This document shows, one piece after another, positions 19,230-29,436 of a DNA stretch of 64,000 nucleotides. Position 1 is the first letter of the stretch. Each line of letters begins with the position of its first letter. The position numbers and the translations under genes are program-made. The notes under the pieces were generated by a model. It saw only the letters and a program-made list of their open reading frames with translations, was not told the DNA's origin and did no database searches. Source of the DNA: Promethearchaeota archaeon (lineage in GTDB: Archaea > Asgardarchaeota > Lokiarchaeia > Sigyniarchaeales > SOKP01); assembly GCA_019057795.1 (NCBI GenBank), contig JAHLWS010000079.1, forward strand, positions 36,155 to 100,154, written 5' to 3'.

Positions 19230-19967
19230 TTATGTTCCTTTATCTATTCCTTCATAAATTAGAAATATGGATGTAAAAATACCGGCTTTAACAATAGCTA
19301 AACCGATCAAGGGAAGACCTGAAACAGCCGCATCAATAATTCCAAAAAAAGATCCCATTGTTAGCCCTATACCCAAAAAAAATCTCCTCCATTTAACACT
19401 TTTGTCATCCAGTTTTAACCCAGTCATAATAACAATAGGTCCTAGAAATACCATCATAATAACCAACATCACTCCCAGTGTTAACATTGCTGCACCTCTA
19501 ATTCCTGTTTCAGGTAAACCACCACCCTCAGATGGATTCCAGGAAGTAGAAACTGAAGGGTTGGAATAGACCAAAAAAGCAAAAATAACACCCAGTATTA
19601 CAAATATACCCGTAATAGGGATTTTGTACCGACCATCTTTGTATAAATCCGAAGAGATATACGCCCAAATAGGTATTCCTAAAGCTGGTCCCCATGCATA
19701 TGCAAGAACTCCAATATTTGGGTCACCAGCTGGGTACCCTAATGGAGGAAATCCTAATATCATTAATAAAAAACTTGCTGAGACGCCAAACCACGCTTGA
19801 AAAAGTGAGATCAAACCAATTCCGCTTAATATAATATTTTTTTTAACTTTTTTGTTTGGTGCTTTTCTTGCATGCTTGAAAATGAGGATAAACCCTAATA
19901 TATAACCACTAAGAATAATTTCTAGACCAGTAATTCCATTCAATATATCAATATTCGGAAGAGCCAT
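19230..19967 (-). CDS. Seven-TM membrane protein
   Basis: Seven hydrophobic segments counted by eye; no soluble domain. Confidence 0.65.
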   Translation of the reverse strand: MALPNIDILNGITGLEIILSGYILGFILIFKHARKAPNKKVKKNIILSGIGLISLFQAWFGVSASFLLMILGFPPLGYPAGDPNIGVLAYAWGPALGIPIWAYISSDLYKDGRYKIPITGIFVILGVIFAFLVYSNPSVSTSWNPSEGGGLPETGIRGAAMLTLGVMLVIMMVFLGPIVIMTGLKLDDKSVKWRRFFLGIGLTMGSFFGIIDAAVSGLPLIGLAIVKAGIFTSIFLIYEGIDKGT

Positions 19968-20245
19968 TTAATTTAACGCCTTTTATGTATTAAGATTTTA
20001 AATATAATTTTAGTATTTAAATCTTCTACCATCTTTGTTAATAAAACTATCTCTTTTACCACCAAAAATACCACTTTTTGTTAAATTTGCAGGTAAAATG
20101 ATCATTCTACCTTAAATAAACCTATTAAATATGCTAGTAATTGTTATATAGGTATTTTAATTACTAAAATCTGCAAAAAATGAAATAAGACTATTAAGTG
20201 ATAGTGACTAGCTTTATTTAATTAATATTACATAGAATAGATAAG

Positions 20246-21178
20246 ATGGATAAAAATAAAATAGTCCAAGATTTTTACGAAAAATTAGAAGCTAAGGGTT
20301 ATAAAGGAAAAATTGTCTCTGCCAAACACATTCCAGAGTTGCAAAGGTCTATCAAGAATTTTCACGAACAAAAGTTATTGGATCCAGAATTCTACGAAGA
20401 GTACAAGAGCTATTTCGAATTTCAACCAGAAGCGGAATTCGGCGAGATTAAGTCTCTCTTTATTATAACTGTACCACAACCTCAATACAAAGTTATTTTT
20501 CATTGGAATAACAAAGAAGTTCCTCTGATCGTTCCCCCTACCTATTTACACGGTATGGCTATAATAAAAAGAATTAAAGCATTTCTAACGGAAATTTTAA
20601 AACCTCCGGGTTATAATGTAGAATTTGCTCGAGTTCCTCAAAAAACTCTTGCAGTGCGTGTTGGATTAGCAGAATACGGTAGAAATAACATTACTTATGT
20701 GCCCGGTATGGGTAGTTTTCATCGACCTTCTACATTTTATTCGGACTTCCCTATTGAGCAAGATGACTGGCAGGAACTACAAATGATGGATTTATGTAAG
20801 GAATGCTCCGCTTGCGTTCGAAATTGCCCAACTGGAGCCATCCCTACCGATCGGTTCCTCTTACGCGTCGAACGATGTTTGACTTTTCACAATGAACATC
20901 CCGCAGACGTTCCTTTTCCGGATTGGATCGATCCATCTTGGCACAACTGTTTAGTTGGATGCATACATTGCCAAAAAGTATGTCCTGCAAACAAAAAAGT
21001 CATAAATTGGGTAGAACCAGGACCCACATTCAACGAAGAAGAGACAAAATTGCTCTTGAGCGGAAAGAGCGTAGAACAGCTTCCTGAAGAAACTAGAAAA
21101 AAAGTTGAAAAGCACGACTTAGCTAACTATTTAAATGTTTATCCTCGGAATTTAGGTGCTATTCTTAATCGAGAATAA
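20246..21178 (+). CDS. QueG/reductive-dehalogenase-like Fe-S (cobalamin) protein
   Basis: AVRVGLAEYGRNN, CKECSACVRNCPTGA and GCIHCQKVCP motifs. Confidence 0.8.
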   Translation: MDKNKIVQDFYEKLEAKGYKGKIVSAKHIPELQRSIKNFHEQKLLDPEFYEEYKSYFEFQPEAEFGEIKSLFIITVPQPQYKVIFHWNNKEVPLIVPPTYLHGMAIIKRIKAFLTEILKPPGYNVEFARVPQKTLAVRVGLAEYGRNNITYVPGMGSFHRPSTFYSDFPIEQDDWQELQMMDLCKECSACVRNCPTGAIPTDRFLLRVERCLTFHNEHPADVPFPDWIDPSWHNCLVGCIHCQKVCPANKKVINWVEPGPTFNEEETKLLLSGKSVEQLPEETRKKVEKHDLANYLNVYPRNLGAILNRE

Positions 21179-21285
21179 TTTAGAGATATATTTTAAAACA
21201 AGAATGCCCGATAATAATTTAGATGTAAAATTTTCGAATAAAATAAGTTTAAATATTATTTTATCATTTATTCTAAAAGAAAACG

Positions 21286-21672
21286 ATGATTACACGCTCG
21301 AAAAGAATTACTAAATCGCATAAGTTTTACGTTTTAATAATAATTCTGGTAATTATTGTAAGTATTGGGAGTATACCTATAGTAATTCTCGCGTTTAGCA
21401 TTTTTGAAACAATTAAAGGTAGTTCAGGGCTACCCTGTGAGGAGCTTCCTGATATCGAAACTGTTAGGCAAATTATAGAAGATCATCAGGATTCTATTGA
21501 AGAGATTGAAAATACAAGTCCTGGAAATGTGTGGGTTGAAATAAATGAGAGATGTGATGGAAAGGGAGAACTTTTCATTTATTACGATACAATTTCTACA
21601 AAGAATAAAATAAAAGAAATAATTGGTGGAGATACTTTTTTCGGAGTACCATATAGAATGTTTAATGTTTAG
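21286..21672 (+). CDS. Membrane-anchored hypothetical protein
   Basis: N-terminal TM followed by an acidic soluble domain ending FFGVPYRMFNV. Confidence 0.65.
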   Translation: MITRSKRITKSHKFYVLIIILVIIVSIGSIPIVILAFSIFETIKGSSGLPCEELPDIETVRQIIEDHQDSIEEIENTSPGNVWVEINERCDGKGELFIYYDTISTKNKIKEIIGGDTFFGVPYRMFNV

Positions 21673-21748
21673 GCGTAGAATTTCATTATTCTTTTTGAAT
21701 CTTGAAAATTATTTTCCTAAAACAAATTTTTCCTAGTATTTTAAGCGT

Positions 21749-22159
21749 TTATGAATTATTTTTAATTTTAAATATTGAAAATGTTCCTATTGCTTTAGCG
21801 ACTAATTGTTCATCATTTATAATTTCTGATTCCATTGTAGCAATTTTTTTACCTTTATGGATTACTTTTGTATCGCAAATGAGAGCGCCTGATTTAACGG
21901 CTTTAAAGTAGATAATTTTAATTTCTATAGTTGCGCAAAGTTCATTTTTATCTAAATTGGAATAAAGCGCAGCCCCCATACCAGTATCTGCCATCGAATA
22001 TAGCACACCACCATGGACGACCTTGTGAGGATTTAACAACTTGTCAACAACATCTAAAGTGCATTGAGAGTATCCATTCTCGAATTTTGTAAAACTCAAG
22101 CCAAGTAAATCCCCAAATGGGTGGAATCCTTTTAAATTCATAGGAAAATTTTTCGGCAT
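21749..22159 (-). CDS. PaaI-family hotdog thioesterase
   Basis: NPHKVVHGG...ADTGMG motif. Confidence 0.9.
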   Translation of the reverse strand: MPKNFPMNLKGFHPFGDLLGLSFTKFENGYSQCTLDVVDKLLNPHKVVHGGVLYSMADTGMGAALYSNLDKNELCATIEIKIIYFKAVKSGALICDTKVIHKGKKIATMESEIINDEQLVAKAIGTFSIFKIKNNS

Positions 22160-22276
22160 ATTAAGGTTTAATAAAATAATGTTTAAGAATGTTCTGTTTA
22201 AAGCTGCTTTTTACTTTGGTTTTAACCTTCTCTCCTATTGGTAACAAACTTTCTAGATTTCAAAATATTTAAATAC

Positions 22277-22297
22277 GATATAGGATAGTACTATATC
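22277..22297. promoter_or_regulatory. GATATAG-N7-CTATATC inverted repeat, probable MarR operator
   Basis: Directly downstream of a TTTAAATA box and upstream of a three-gene operon ending in MarR. Confidence 0.5.
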
Positions 22298-22343
22298 AAA
22301 CAATATAATTAAAATTAGTATACAAGATTGAAAGTATATCTAG

Positions 22344-22691
22344 GTGAATGTAATGGGAAAAATGTTATCGTTTTGTGGCATAAATTGTGCCGAGTGTCAA
22401 GCATATTTAGCAACCCAAAAAAACGACGAAGAAGAAATAAAAAAGATTGCAAACGAATGGTCAAGTGATGCGATGAAGTTCACACCCGAGGAAATTTATT
22501 GCGACGGGTGCAGTAAGGAGGGACGACATTTTAGCTGGGTTCCAAACTGCGATATTAGAATTTGTTGCATAGAGAAAAAATTAAACAATTGCGCTTACTG
22601 TGAAGATTATATTTGCGATATTCTGAAAAATAGTCTTGATAAATCTCCGAGTGCTAAACAAAATATAGAAGAAATTCGACAAAAATTATAA
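22344..22691 (+). CDS. DUF3795 cysteine-rich protein
   Basis: CGINCAEC, CDGC, CDIRICC and CAYC motifs. Confidence 0.85.
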   Translation: MNVMGKMLSFCGINCAECQAYLATQKNDEEEIKKIANEWSSDAMKFTPEEIYCDGCSKEGRHFSWVPNCDIRICCIEKKLNNCAYCEDYICDILKNSLDKSPSAKQNIEEIRQKL

Positions 22692-22713
22692 CTAAAATTT
22701 AAAGGACAAAGAA

Positions 22714-23193
22714 GTGAAAGAAGTGATAAAAACAGATTTGGAAGAAGCTAAAAAATCGGGATTAAAATTAATGGAAGAATCAAAAGCTGCAATTCTAACA
22801 ACAATTGATCCAGATGGTTTTCCAATAACGCGAGCAATGTTTAATCTAAGAAATAAGGAGCAATTCCCTGAATTTTCAGAATTTTTTGAAAATCAACAAA
22901 ACCAATTTACAATCTACATTTCAACTAATACTTCTTCAAGTAAGGTTGCTCATCTAAGCAAAAATCCTAAGATGTGTGTATATTTCTGCGATGCAGAAGA
23001 TTTTAAGGGTTTTATGTTAGGAGGTTCAGTAGAAATTGTTGATGATATGGAGTTAAAGAAGACTATCTGGTTAGATTGGTGGACACGATATTATCCAGAA
23101 GGAGTAGAAGATCCAGATTATACACTACTTCGATTGGAGCCAAAAAACGCAAAGTATTATTATAAATTAAATCAGGTAAATTTTGAGTTATGA
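22714..23193 (+). CDS. Pyridoxamine-5'-phosphate-oxidase-like FMN-binding protein
   Basis: LTTIDPDGFPITR, STNTSSSKV and DPDYTLL motifs. Confidence 0.85.
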   Translation: MKEVIKTDLEEAKKSGLKLMEESKAAILTTIDPDGFPITRAMFNLRNKEQFPEFSEFFENQQNQFTIYISTNTSSSKVAHLSKNPKMCVYFCDAEDFKGFMLGGSVEIVDDMELKKTIWLDWWTRYYPEGVEDPDYTLLRLEPKNAKYYYKLNQVNFEL

Positions 23194-23657
23194 GTGAGAA
23201 CATGAAAGATCAGCGTGAGGGTGGATTCCTCATAGCAAAAATACACCAAATCACAAATAGAATCTTTAAACAGATGTTAAAAGAATATGGAATTAAAGAG
23301 TTAAACCCAGGACAAGGGCGGATATTATTTGCTCTTTGGCAGAATGATAATATATCGATACGTGAACTGTCACTAAAAACTCAATTAACTAAATCTACGT
23401 TAACAACAATGCTAGATAGGCTTGAAAACGCAGGTTTTCTGAAGCGAAAGAAAGGTAAAGATAGAAGAATCGTCAAAGTCAAACTTTCTGAAAAGAGTAT
23501 AAATCTTCAAAAAAAATATGTAGAAGTTTCAAAAAAAATGACTGAAGTGTTTTACGGAACGCTAACCGAAGAAGAAATAGATGAATTTGAAGATTATTTA
23601 AGAAGAATATTAGATAACCTAATAAAAGCTAAAGATTTTCGAAAGGATTCAAAATAG
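23190..23657 (+). CDS. MarR-family transcriptional regulator
   Basis: QGRILFALW, KSTLTTMLDRLE and DRR motifs. Confidence 0.9.
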   Translation: MSENMKDQREGGFLIAKIHQITNRIFKQMLKEYGIKELNPGQGRILFALWQNDNISIRELSLKTQLTKSTLTTMLDRLENAGFLKRKKGKDRRIVKVKLSEKSINLQKKYVEVSKKMTEVFYGTLTEEEIDEFEDYLRRILDNLIKAKDFRKDSK

Positions 23658-23858
23658 AAGAATTATATTTTCTTTTTTTTTCTTTATTATTATTTATTTT
23701 TTATATTTAGAAGTTAAAAAAGTTATTGAACTACCATAAATTAAGAAATAATTGATAAATATTGGTCTATACTTTTTTTAAATTAATTAAGGAATTATAG
23801 ACTTTAATTATCAAATAAGAATTAAAATAATATAAAAATAGAATTTGTTGAAATCAAA

Positions 23859-24434
23859 ATGAAAGCGTTAATTTTAATTGGAAGTAAAACGGACGACAAT
23901 GAATCAGCGAAGATTCACGAAATAATGCTGGAAGAGCTTAAAAAGTTAAATTGGGATGCGACTTCAATAGGTCTTGAAGATAAAAATATTGCGTATTGTA
24001 CTGGTTGTTTTGGATGTTGGGTTCAAACGCCCGGTGAATGCATAATTAAAGATTATGAAGAAATCATTGTAAAGAAGATGGTTCACAGCGATCTTATCAT
24101 ATACCTTACTCCAATAATTTTTGGGGGGTACTCGTCAATTCTAAAGAAAGCATTAGATCGCCAAATCTCTCGGGTTTTACCTTATTTTACGAAAATTGAT
24201 GGGGAAGTTCACCACAAAAAGAGGTACGAAAAGGAACAATCGTTATTAAGTGTAGGAATTTTAGATAATCCTGATGCTGAAAAAGAGGAAGTTTTTAAAA
24301 CTTTAGTTGCTCGCAATTCAATTAATATGTGGAGCCCATATCACAAAGCGATGATATACACAAGAGGTCAAGGTTCGCTAGAGTTTGTTAATAATTTTAA
24401 TAAAGCATTAAGAGAGGTAGAGGCGATTTTATGA
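23859..24434 (+). CDS. Iron-sulfur flavodoxin family protein
   Basis: CTGCFGCW...C and TPIIFGGYS...DR motifs. Confidence 0.85.
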   Translation: MKALILIGSKTDDNESAKIHEIMLEELKKLNWDATSIGLEDKNIAYCTGCFGCWVQTPGECIIKDYEEIIVKKMVHSDLIIYLTPIIFGGYSSILKKALDRQISRVLPYFTKIDGEVHHKKRYEKEQSLLSVGILDNPDAEKEEVFKTLVARNSINMWSPYHKAMIYTRGQGSLEFVNNFNKALREVEAIL

Positions 24435-25108
24435 AAAAATATGAAAATGCTTTATTACTTGTTGGTAGTCCTAAGGGCTCATTAAGCAGTTCTGTTTCTC
24501 TTGGAAATTCCTTAACCTTAAGTTTAGAAGAATTAGGGTTATCTATAGATACGGAATATCTTTATAAACTCGTTAAAAAAGAAGATGGACAGAAAAAATT
24601 AATTTCTAAGGTGGAAGATGCTGATCTCATAATTTTAGCGTTCCCTCTTTATATTGATTGTTTGCCTGCTGGGGTTATTAAAGCGCTAGAACTCATTGCT
24701 ATTTACAGACAATCAATGAGCAATCCGAAAAAACAAGGATTTGTCGTGATAATCAACTGTGGTTTTCCAGAAACACAGCATAATAATGTTGCGGTGTCAA
24801 TCTGTAAAATTTTTGCTCGTGAAGTAGGATATGAGTGGAAAGGTGCTTTAGCGCTTGGAATGGGTGGAGCATTTGGTGGTAAATCCTTAGAAGAACGCGG
24901 AGGAATGGTGAGAAATGTAATAAAAGGATTTGATATTGCAGCGCAAGCTTTATCCGAAGGAGAAAAGATTCCAGAAGAAGCTATAGAGCTTGTAGGAAAA
25001 AAGTTCATGCCCATTACCCTATATACAAAAATGGGAAATCTAGGTTGGAACATCCAGGCAAAAAAATTCGGAGCTCGCAAAAAAATTCGAGATCAACCTT
25101 ATTTGTAA
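24431..25108 (+). CDS. Flavodoxin-like protein
   Basis: GSPK, FPLYIDCLP and NCGFPE motifs; ATGA-coupled to the previous gene. Confidence 0.8.
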   Translation: MKKYENALLLVGSPKGSLSSSVSLGNSLTLSLEELGLSIDTEYLYKLVKKEDGQKKLISKVEDADLIILAFPLYIDCLPAGVIKALELIAIYRQSMSNPKKQGFVVIINCGFPETQHNNVAVSICKIFAREVGYEWKGALALGMGGAFGGKSLEERGGMVRNVIKGFDIAAQALSEGEKIPEEAIELVGKKFMPITLYTKMGNLGWNIQAKKFGARKKIRDQPYL

Positions 25109-25322
25109 TTCTTTTTATTTAAAATTTTTAAATTTAGTTTTTCGGGAGAACCATGATGTGGTTATTCATTATTCCCTTTTTTGTGGCTCTTATTATGAAC
25201 TAATTCAAAGTTATTCTTTATAAAAAAATCAATTTCTAAACGTTTAATTGTTTAAATGTTTTATTTTGGAGTAATATTGGATAAAAAAGTATATAATTAA
25301 AATATAAGAGTGATGATTAAAG

Positions 25323-26699
25323 ATGTCAAAATATGATGTTGTTATAATTGGTGGTGGAGTTGGAGGTACAGCTTCTGGAGCTATTCTGGCTTCTAATGGA
25401 TTAAATACTCTCCTTATCGAGAAAAATCAATTTATTGGTGGTCGTTGTAGTACATATGAAAAAGAGGGTTTCAAAATAGATATAGGTGTGCATTCCTTTG
25501 GAAGAACGAGTAATGGTCCCCTTGGAACAGTATTAAAAATGATTGGTATGGAAGATGCTATTGATTGGGTTCTAGCGCGAAATCCAGGACCGGTACAGTA
25601 TTATCAGGGGAAATTTTGGAAATTTCCTAAAGAACTTGAAAAATTAATTCCTCCCTCCGATTTTTCCAGCCTTATAAAAATACTTAGAGACATAATGCGA
25701 ATAAAGGATACAAAAGATCTTGATAATATTAGCATTAAAACATGGTTATCAAAATATTCCGATAATAAACTTGTCCACTCGTTTATTAATATTCTCTGCG
25801 GTTTATATTTTGTAGTTTCTTACAACGAGGCTTCTGCTGGTGAATTTGTGAGATGTTTATCTTCACTTGTGCAAAATAGGAGTACTGGGTATCCTAAAGG
25901 CGGATGTATAGCAATACCTCTTGCTTATGCTAAAGCCATTGAAAAATTTGGGGGTACTGTGGAAACAGGGGTCACGGCCAAAAAAATTATCATCGAGGAT
26001 GGAAAAATCCAAGGCGTTGAACTCGATAACAATAAATTTATTTCATCTCAATTGGTCATTAGCAATGCAGGGATAAAAGAAACAATAAATAATATGGTTG
26101 GTAGAAACTATTTCGATAAAATATATCTTGAAAAAATTGACAAACTAAAGTATTCGATGAGCGCTTTTTCTCTTAAATTGGCATTAAAAAAACCAATAAC
26201 TCATTTTAAAGTAATTAATTCAATGTCTCTAGACTACGAGGAAAAAGTTAGGTCAGTTTTGGAAGGAGAAGTCCCTGACAAAGTAGATTTATTCGTTCCT
26301 ATCCCTTCGAATTATGACCCAGAACTAGCACCAAAAGAAAAGCAACTAATTATCGCGGGAACGGCAGTACCTCGGGAAAATTTTGAAAGAAATAGAGAAA
26401 AATGGATAAGTAGTACAATGGAAACTCTTGAAGAAATGTTCCCAAAATTCCAAAATAACTTAATGTGGATGGAAGTCACGACACCAAAAGATATCGAATC
26501 AATAGGCGGAAAAGAAGCATCCGTTGTTGGGATATCACAAACTGTAGATCAGACAGGAGTAAATAGACCCGCCACATCTCTACCAATAAAAGGGTTATAT
26601 ATAGTTGGCGGAGACGCAGGTGGTTGGGGAATTGGAACTGAACTAGCAGCAAAAAGCGCTATCGATTGTTCAAAAATCATATTAAAACAAAAAAAGTAA
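25323..26699 (+). CDS. Phytoene-desaturase-like FAD oxidoreductase
   Basis: GGGVGG, EKN..GGR, YPKGG and GLYIVG motifs. Confidence 0.85.
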   Translation: MSKYDVVIIGGGVGGTASGAILASNGLNTLLIEKNQFIGGRCSTYEKEGFKIDIGVHSFGRTSNGPLGTVLKMIGMEDAIDWVLARNPGPVQYYQGKFWKFPKELEKLIPPSDFSSLIKILRDIMRIKDTKDLDNISIKTWLSKYSDNKLVHSFINILCGLYFVVSYNEASAGEFVRCLSSLVQNRSTGYPKGGCIAIPLAYAKAIEKFGGTVETGVTAKKIIIEDGKIQGVELDNNKFISSQLVISNAGIKETINNMVGRNYFDKIYLEKIDKLKYSMSAFSLKLALKKPITHFKVINSMSLDYEEKVRSVLEGEVPDKVDLFVPIPSNYDPELAPKEKQLIIAGTAVPRENFERNREKWISSTMETLEEMFPKFQNNLMWMEVTTPKDIESIGGKEASVVGISQTVDQTGVNRPATSLPIKGLYIVGGDAGGWGIGTELAAKSAIDCSKIILKQKK

Positions 26700-26943
26700 T
26701 TAAACGCATATCGATAGGTTGGAATATCCAAGCAAAAAATTCGAAGCACGTAAAAAAATAAAAGACCAAAACAGAAACTCTCAAATAAGGTTTTGAAACA
26801 GATAAGTATATAACATTCACAAATACTAAATAGATATTAGGGAAGTGCGTCACTTTTTTAATCTTTTGGTATAAGAATAGTGCTTAACAAGTTTTTTATC
26901 AACTAACAGCGTTAATTCAGACCTTATGTGGAGAATTTGACTT

Positions 26944-27483
26944 ATGGAAAAACTTAATTTGGCGTTCAAAATGTGTATATTTGGAGATTCAGGTGTTGGT
27001 AAATCAACATTGATCAACCGATATATTACAGCCAAATTTGATCATGACCTAAAGCCGACTTTAGGAGCAGCAATTTTGATGAAATTCATAGAAACGGAAA
27101 CTATGAGAATAACACTTCAAATTTGGGATTTTGCCGGAGAGGAAAGGTTCAGATCTCTTTTACCTAGCTATGCTCAAGGATCTTCTGCAGCTATTTTTAT
27201 GTGCGACATTTCTAATCGCGATAGTATTACGAATATAGATAAATGGCTTTTGACATTTAACGAAGGAATGAACGTTCGGAACCCAAAATTCCCCTTAATA
27301 GTAGTTGGTGGAAAATTAGACTTAGAAGAAAAACGATCTTTTAGTAAGAAGGATATTGAAGATATACTTACAGTACGAAAAGAATTTGATTACATCGAAT
27401 GTTCTTCAAAAACCGGAGAAAATGTGGATTTGCTATTTCAAACTATAGTCGATAAAATGTTGATTTATGGAAACCATCTATAA
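26944..27483 (+). CDS. Rab-like small GTPase (eukaryotic signature protein)
   Basis: G1 GDSGVGKS, G2 PT, G3 WDFAGEERF, G4 GKLD, G5 CSSK; no C-terminal prenylation motif. Confidence 0.9.
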   Translation: MEKLNLAFKMCIFGDSGVGKSTLINRYITAKFDHDLKPTLGAAILMKFIETETMRITLQIWDFAGEERFRSLLPSYAQGSSAAIFMCDISNRDSITNIDKWLLTFNEGMNVRNPKFPLIVVGGKLDLEEKRSFSKKDIEDILTVRKEFDYIECSSKTGENVDLLFQTIVDKMLIYGNHL

Positions 27484-27566
27484 GATAGAATCTAATCTCA
27501 ATTTTCCTTTTCGGCATAAATTAACTTTTTTAGTAGTGGATCTTTTAATTTTATAAGAAGGAAGGG

Positions 27567-27662
27567 GAAAACATTTGGGAAAATGCCGAATGGACCGTAC
27601 AGGCACGAAAGATAATTAAAGCTCTTAAGCATTTCCCAGAAAGCTCTAAAATAATTCTAATA
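27567..27662 (+). pseudogene. 5' fragment of a histidine-phosphatase gene homologous to 29446-29541
   Basis: ENIWENAEWTVQARKIIKALKHFPESSKIILI versus ENIWENAEWTVQARNIVKALNKFPVDSKIILI; start ATG replaced by AAG. Confidence 0.8.
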
Positions 27663-27784
27663 GTAGTTAGATTAACTAATAAAATTTTATTAATCCAATT
27701 TTCTACCATATTTTAATAAATTAACATATAAAATAACATATGACTAAATTTTAAATTTCAAAAAAATAAAATATTAATTGAACG

Positions 27785-29350
27785 ATGAAAGAACTAGAAC
27801 AAGATTTCGAGCCCTCGCCTGAATTTCACTTATCAAAAAAGAAATTTTTAATTAATTTAATCAAATTAATCCCTAAAATGAGAAAGATGAGAAAGCGAGC
27901 AGAAGAATTCCTATCAAATTTGAGCGATCCTAAACTTCATGTTGAAGCTCCTTCCTTAGAAACTATTAAAACAGATTTAGAGGTTATTTGTAAAGAACCT
28001 CACAGGAGAATAGGAACGAAACAAGGAAATATAATTGAAAATTTTTTAGAACGTAAATTAAAAGAATTAGGGCTGGAATCAGTAAAAAAGGAACCAATTG
28101 ATATTATAAATTGGGTTGCAACGAATTGGAAATTAAATATATCGAAAGATAGAGAACAAATTGAAGTTCCTTGTTTTTACGTGTTAAATACGGGTTTTAC
28201 CGATAATGAAGGAATAGAAGCTTCTTTAGTTTACGTGGGAACTGGGCAAAAAAAAGATTTTAAAAATATAGATGTAAAAGGTAAAATTGTAGTTGCCGAT
28301 ATTGAATTTCCAACCATGCCTTTTGGAAAATTAATAAAGCTAGCAAAACCGTATTATGTTTCTGATCCTACTAATATTATCGATGAAACGACAGAACTTG
28401 TTTTAACTTTTGCATTATCAAATTTTCCCCCCCAATCATTGGGAGGAAAACCTAGAGAAGATTCTGTATATTGGCGAGCATTTAATGGTGGAGCCTTGGG
28501 ATTAGTTCTCATTTTAAGAGACTACCCTTCAAATGTGAATAGTCATTGGGGGCCCTACGATGGCGCTATGAAACCAATTCCAGCTTTATATGTGGGAAAA
28601 TATGATGGCATAAAAGTTAGAGAATTAGCACAAGCTAAAAATTCTCATGGAACCTTAATTCTCGAAGGATATAGCGAAACGACTAAAGCTCATAATGTAT
28701 GGGGTATTCTACCAGGAAATTCTGAGGAATTAATAATGATCTCAAGTCATCACGATTCGGCGTTTAAAGGCGCGTCCGAAGATGGAACGGGTGTTGCTAT
28801 GGTATTAGCTCAATTAAGGGCGTGGTCAAAAATTCCTAAGAGTGAAAGACCTAGATCTTTATTGTTTTGTTTATCAGCGGGACATCTCTACGGAGGGATA
28901 GGTGCTGAAAAATTCGCCCGGAAATATAAAAACAATTTATTAAAAGATGTACTAGTAGACGTGAATCTAGAACATTTATGTGCTAGAGAAGTCATAGAAG
29001 ACCCTCTAACGCATAATTTTAAACTAACTAAGAATTTAGCGTTAGGTGCTGTATTCATTTCACAAACCGAAAGTCTAGTAGCGCTTACAACTAAAGCTTT
29101 TAAAGAACATAAGATTGAAAATATGCTATTAGTTCCGGATAATTTCTTTGCAACGCCTCCGATCGGTGAAGCGGGACATTTTGCTATTCATGGAGATTTA
29201 AAAGTTATACATTGGATTAGATCTCCTTATTATCTACTTACAGCAGAAGATACACTAGATAAAATCGATATGAATAAATTACACCCCACAGCTCAATGTG
29301 TATCTGATCTAATCAATTCCTTAATGTATCTACCAAAAGAACAATTTTAA
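27785..29350 (+). CDS. M28-family peptidase with PA domain
   Basis: HRRIGT, PA insert, SSHHDS and GASEDGTG motifs. Confidence 0.8.
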   Translation: MKELEQDFEPSPEFHLSKKKFLINLIKLIPKMRKMRKRAEEFLSNLSDPKLHVEAPSLETIKTDLEVICKEPHRRIGTKQGNIIENFLERKLKELGLESVKKEPIDIINWVATNWKLNISKDREQIEVPCFYVLNTGFTDNEGIEASLVYVGTGQKKDFKNIDVKGKIVVADIEFPTMPFGKLIKLAKPYYVSDPTNIIDETTELVLTFALSNFPPQSLGGKPREDSVYWRAFNGGALGLVLILRDYPSNVNSHWGPYDGAMKPIPALYVGKYDGIKVRELAQAKNSHGTLILEGYSETTKAHNVWGILPGNSEELIMISSHHDSAFKGASEDGTGVAMVLAQLRAWSKIPKSERPRSLLFCLSAGHLYGGIGAEKFARKYKNNLLKDVLVDVNLEHLCAREVIEDPLTHNFKLTKNLALGAVFISQTESLVALTTKAFKEHKIENMLLVPDNFFATPPIGEAGHFAIHGDLKVIHWIRSPYYLLTAEDTLDKIDMNKLHPTAQCVSDLINSLMYLPKEQF

Positions 29351-29436
29351 ATTTATGTTATAGAGGTTTAAAAGCGTTTACTTTTTCGATTTGCTAAAAA
29401 TAACTTTTTTAATTTTATAATTTTTAATTATGTAAG

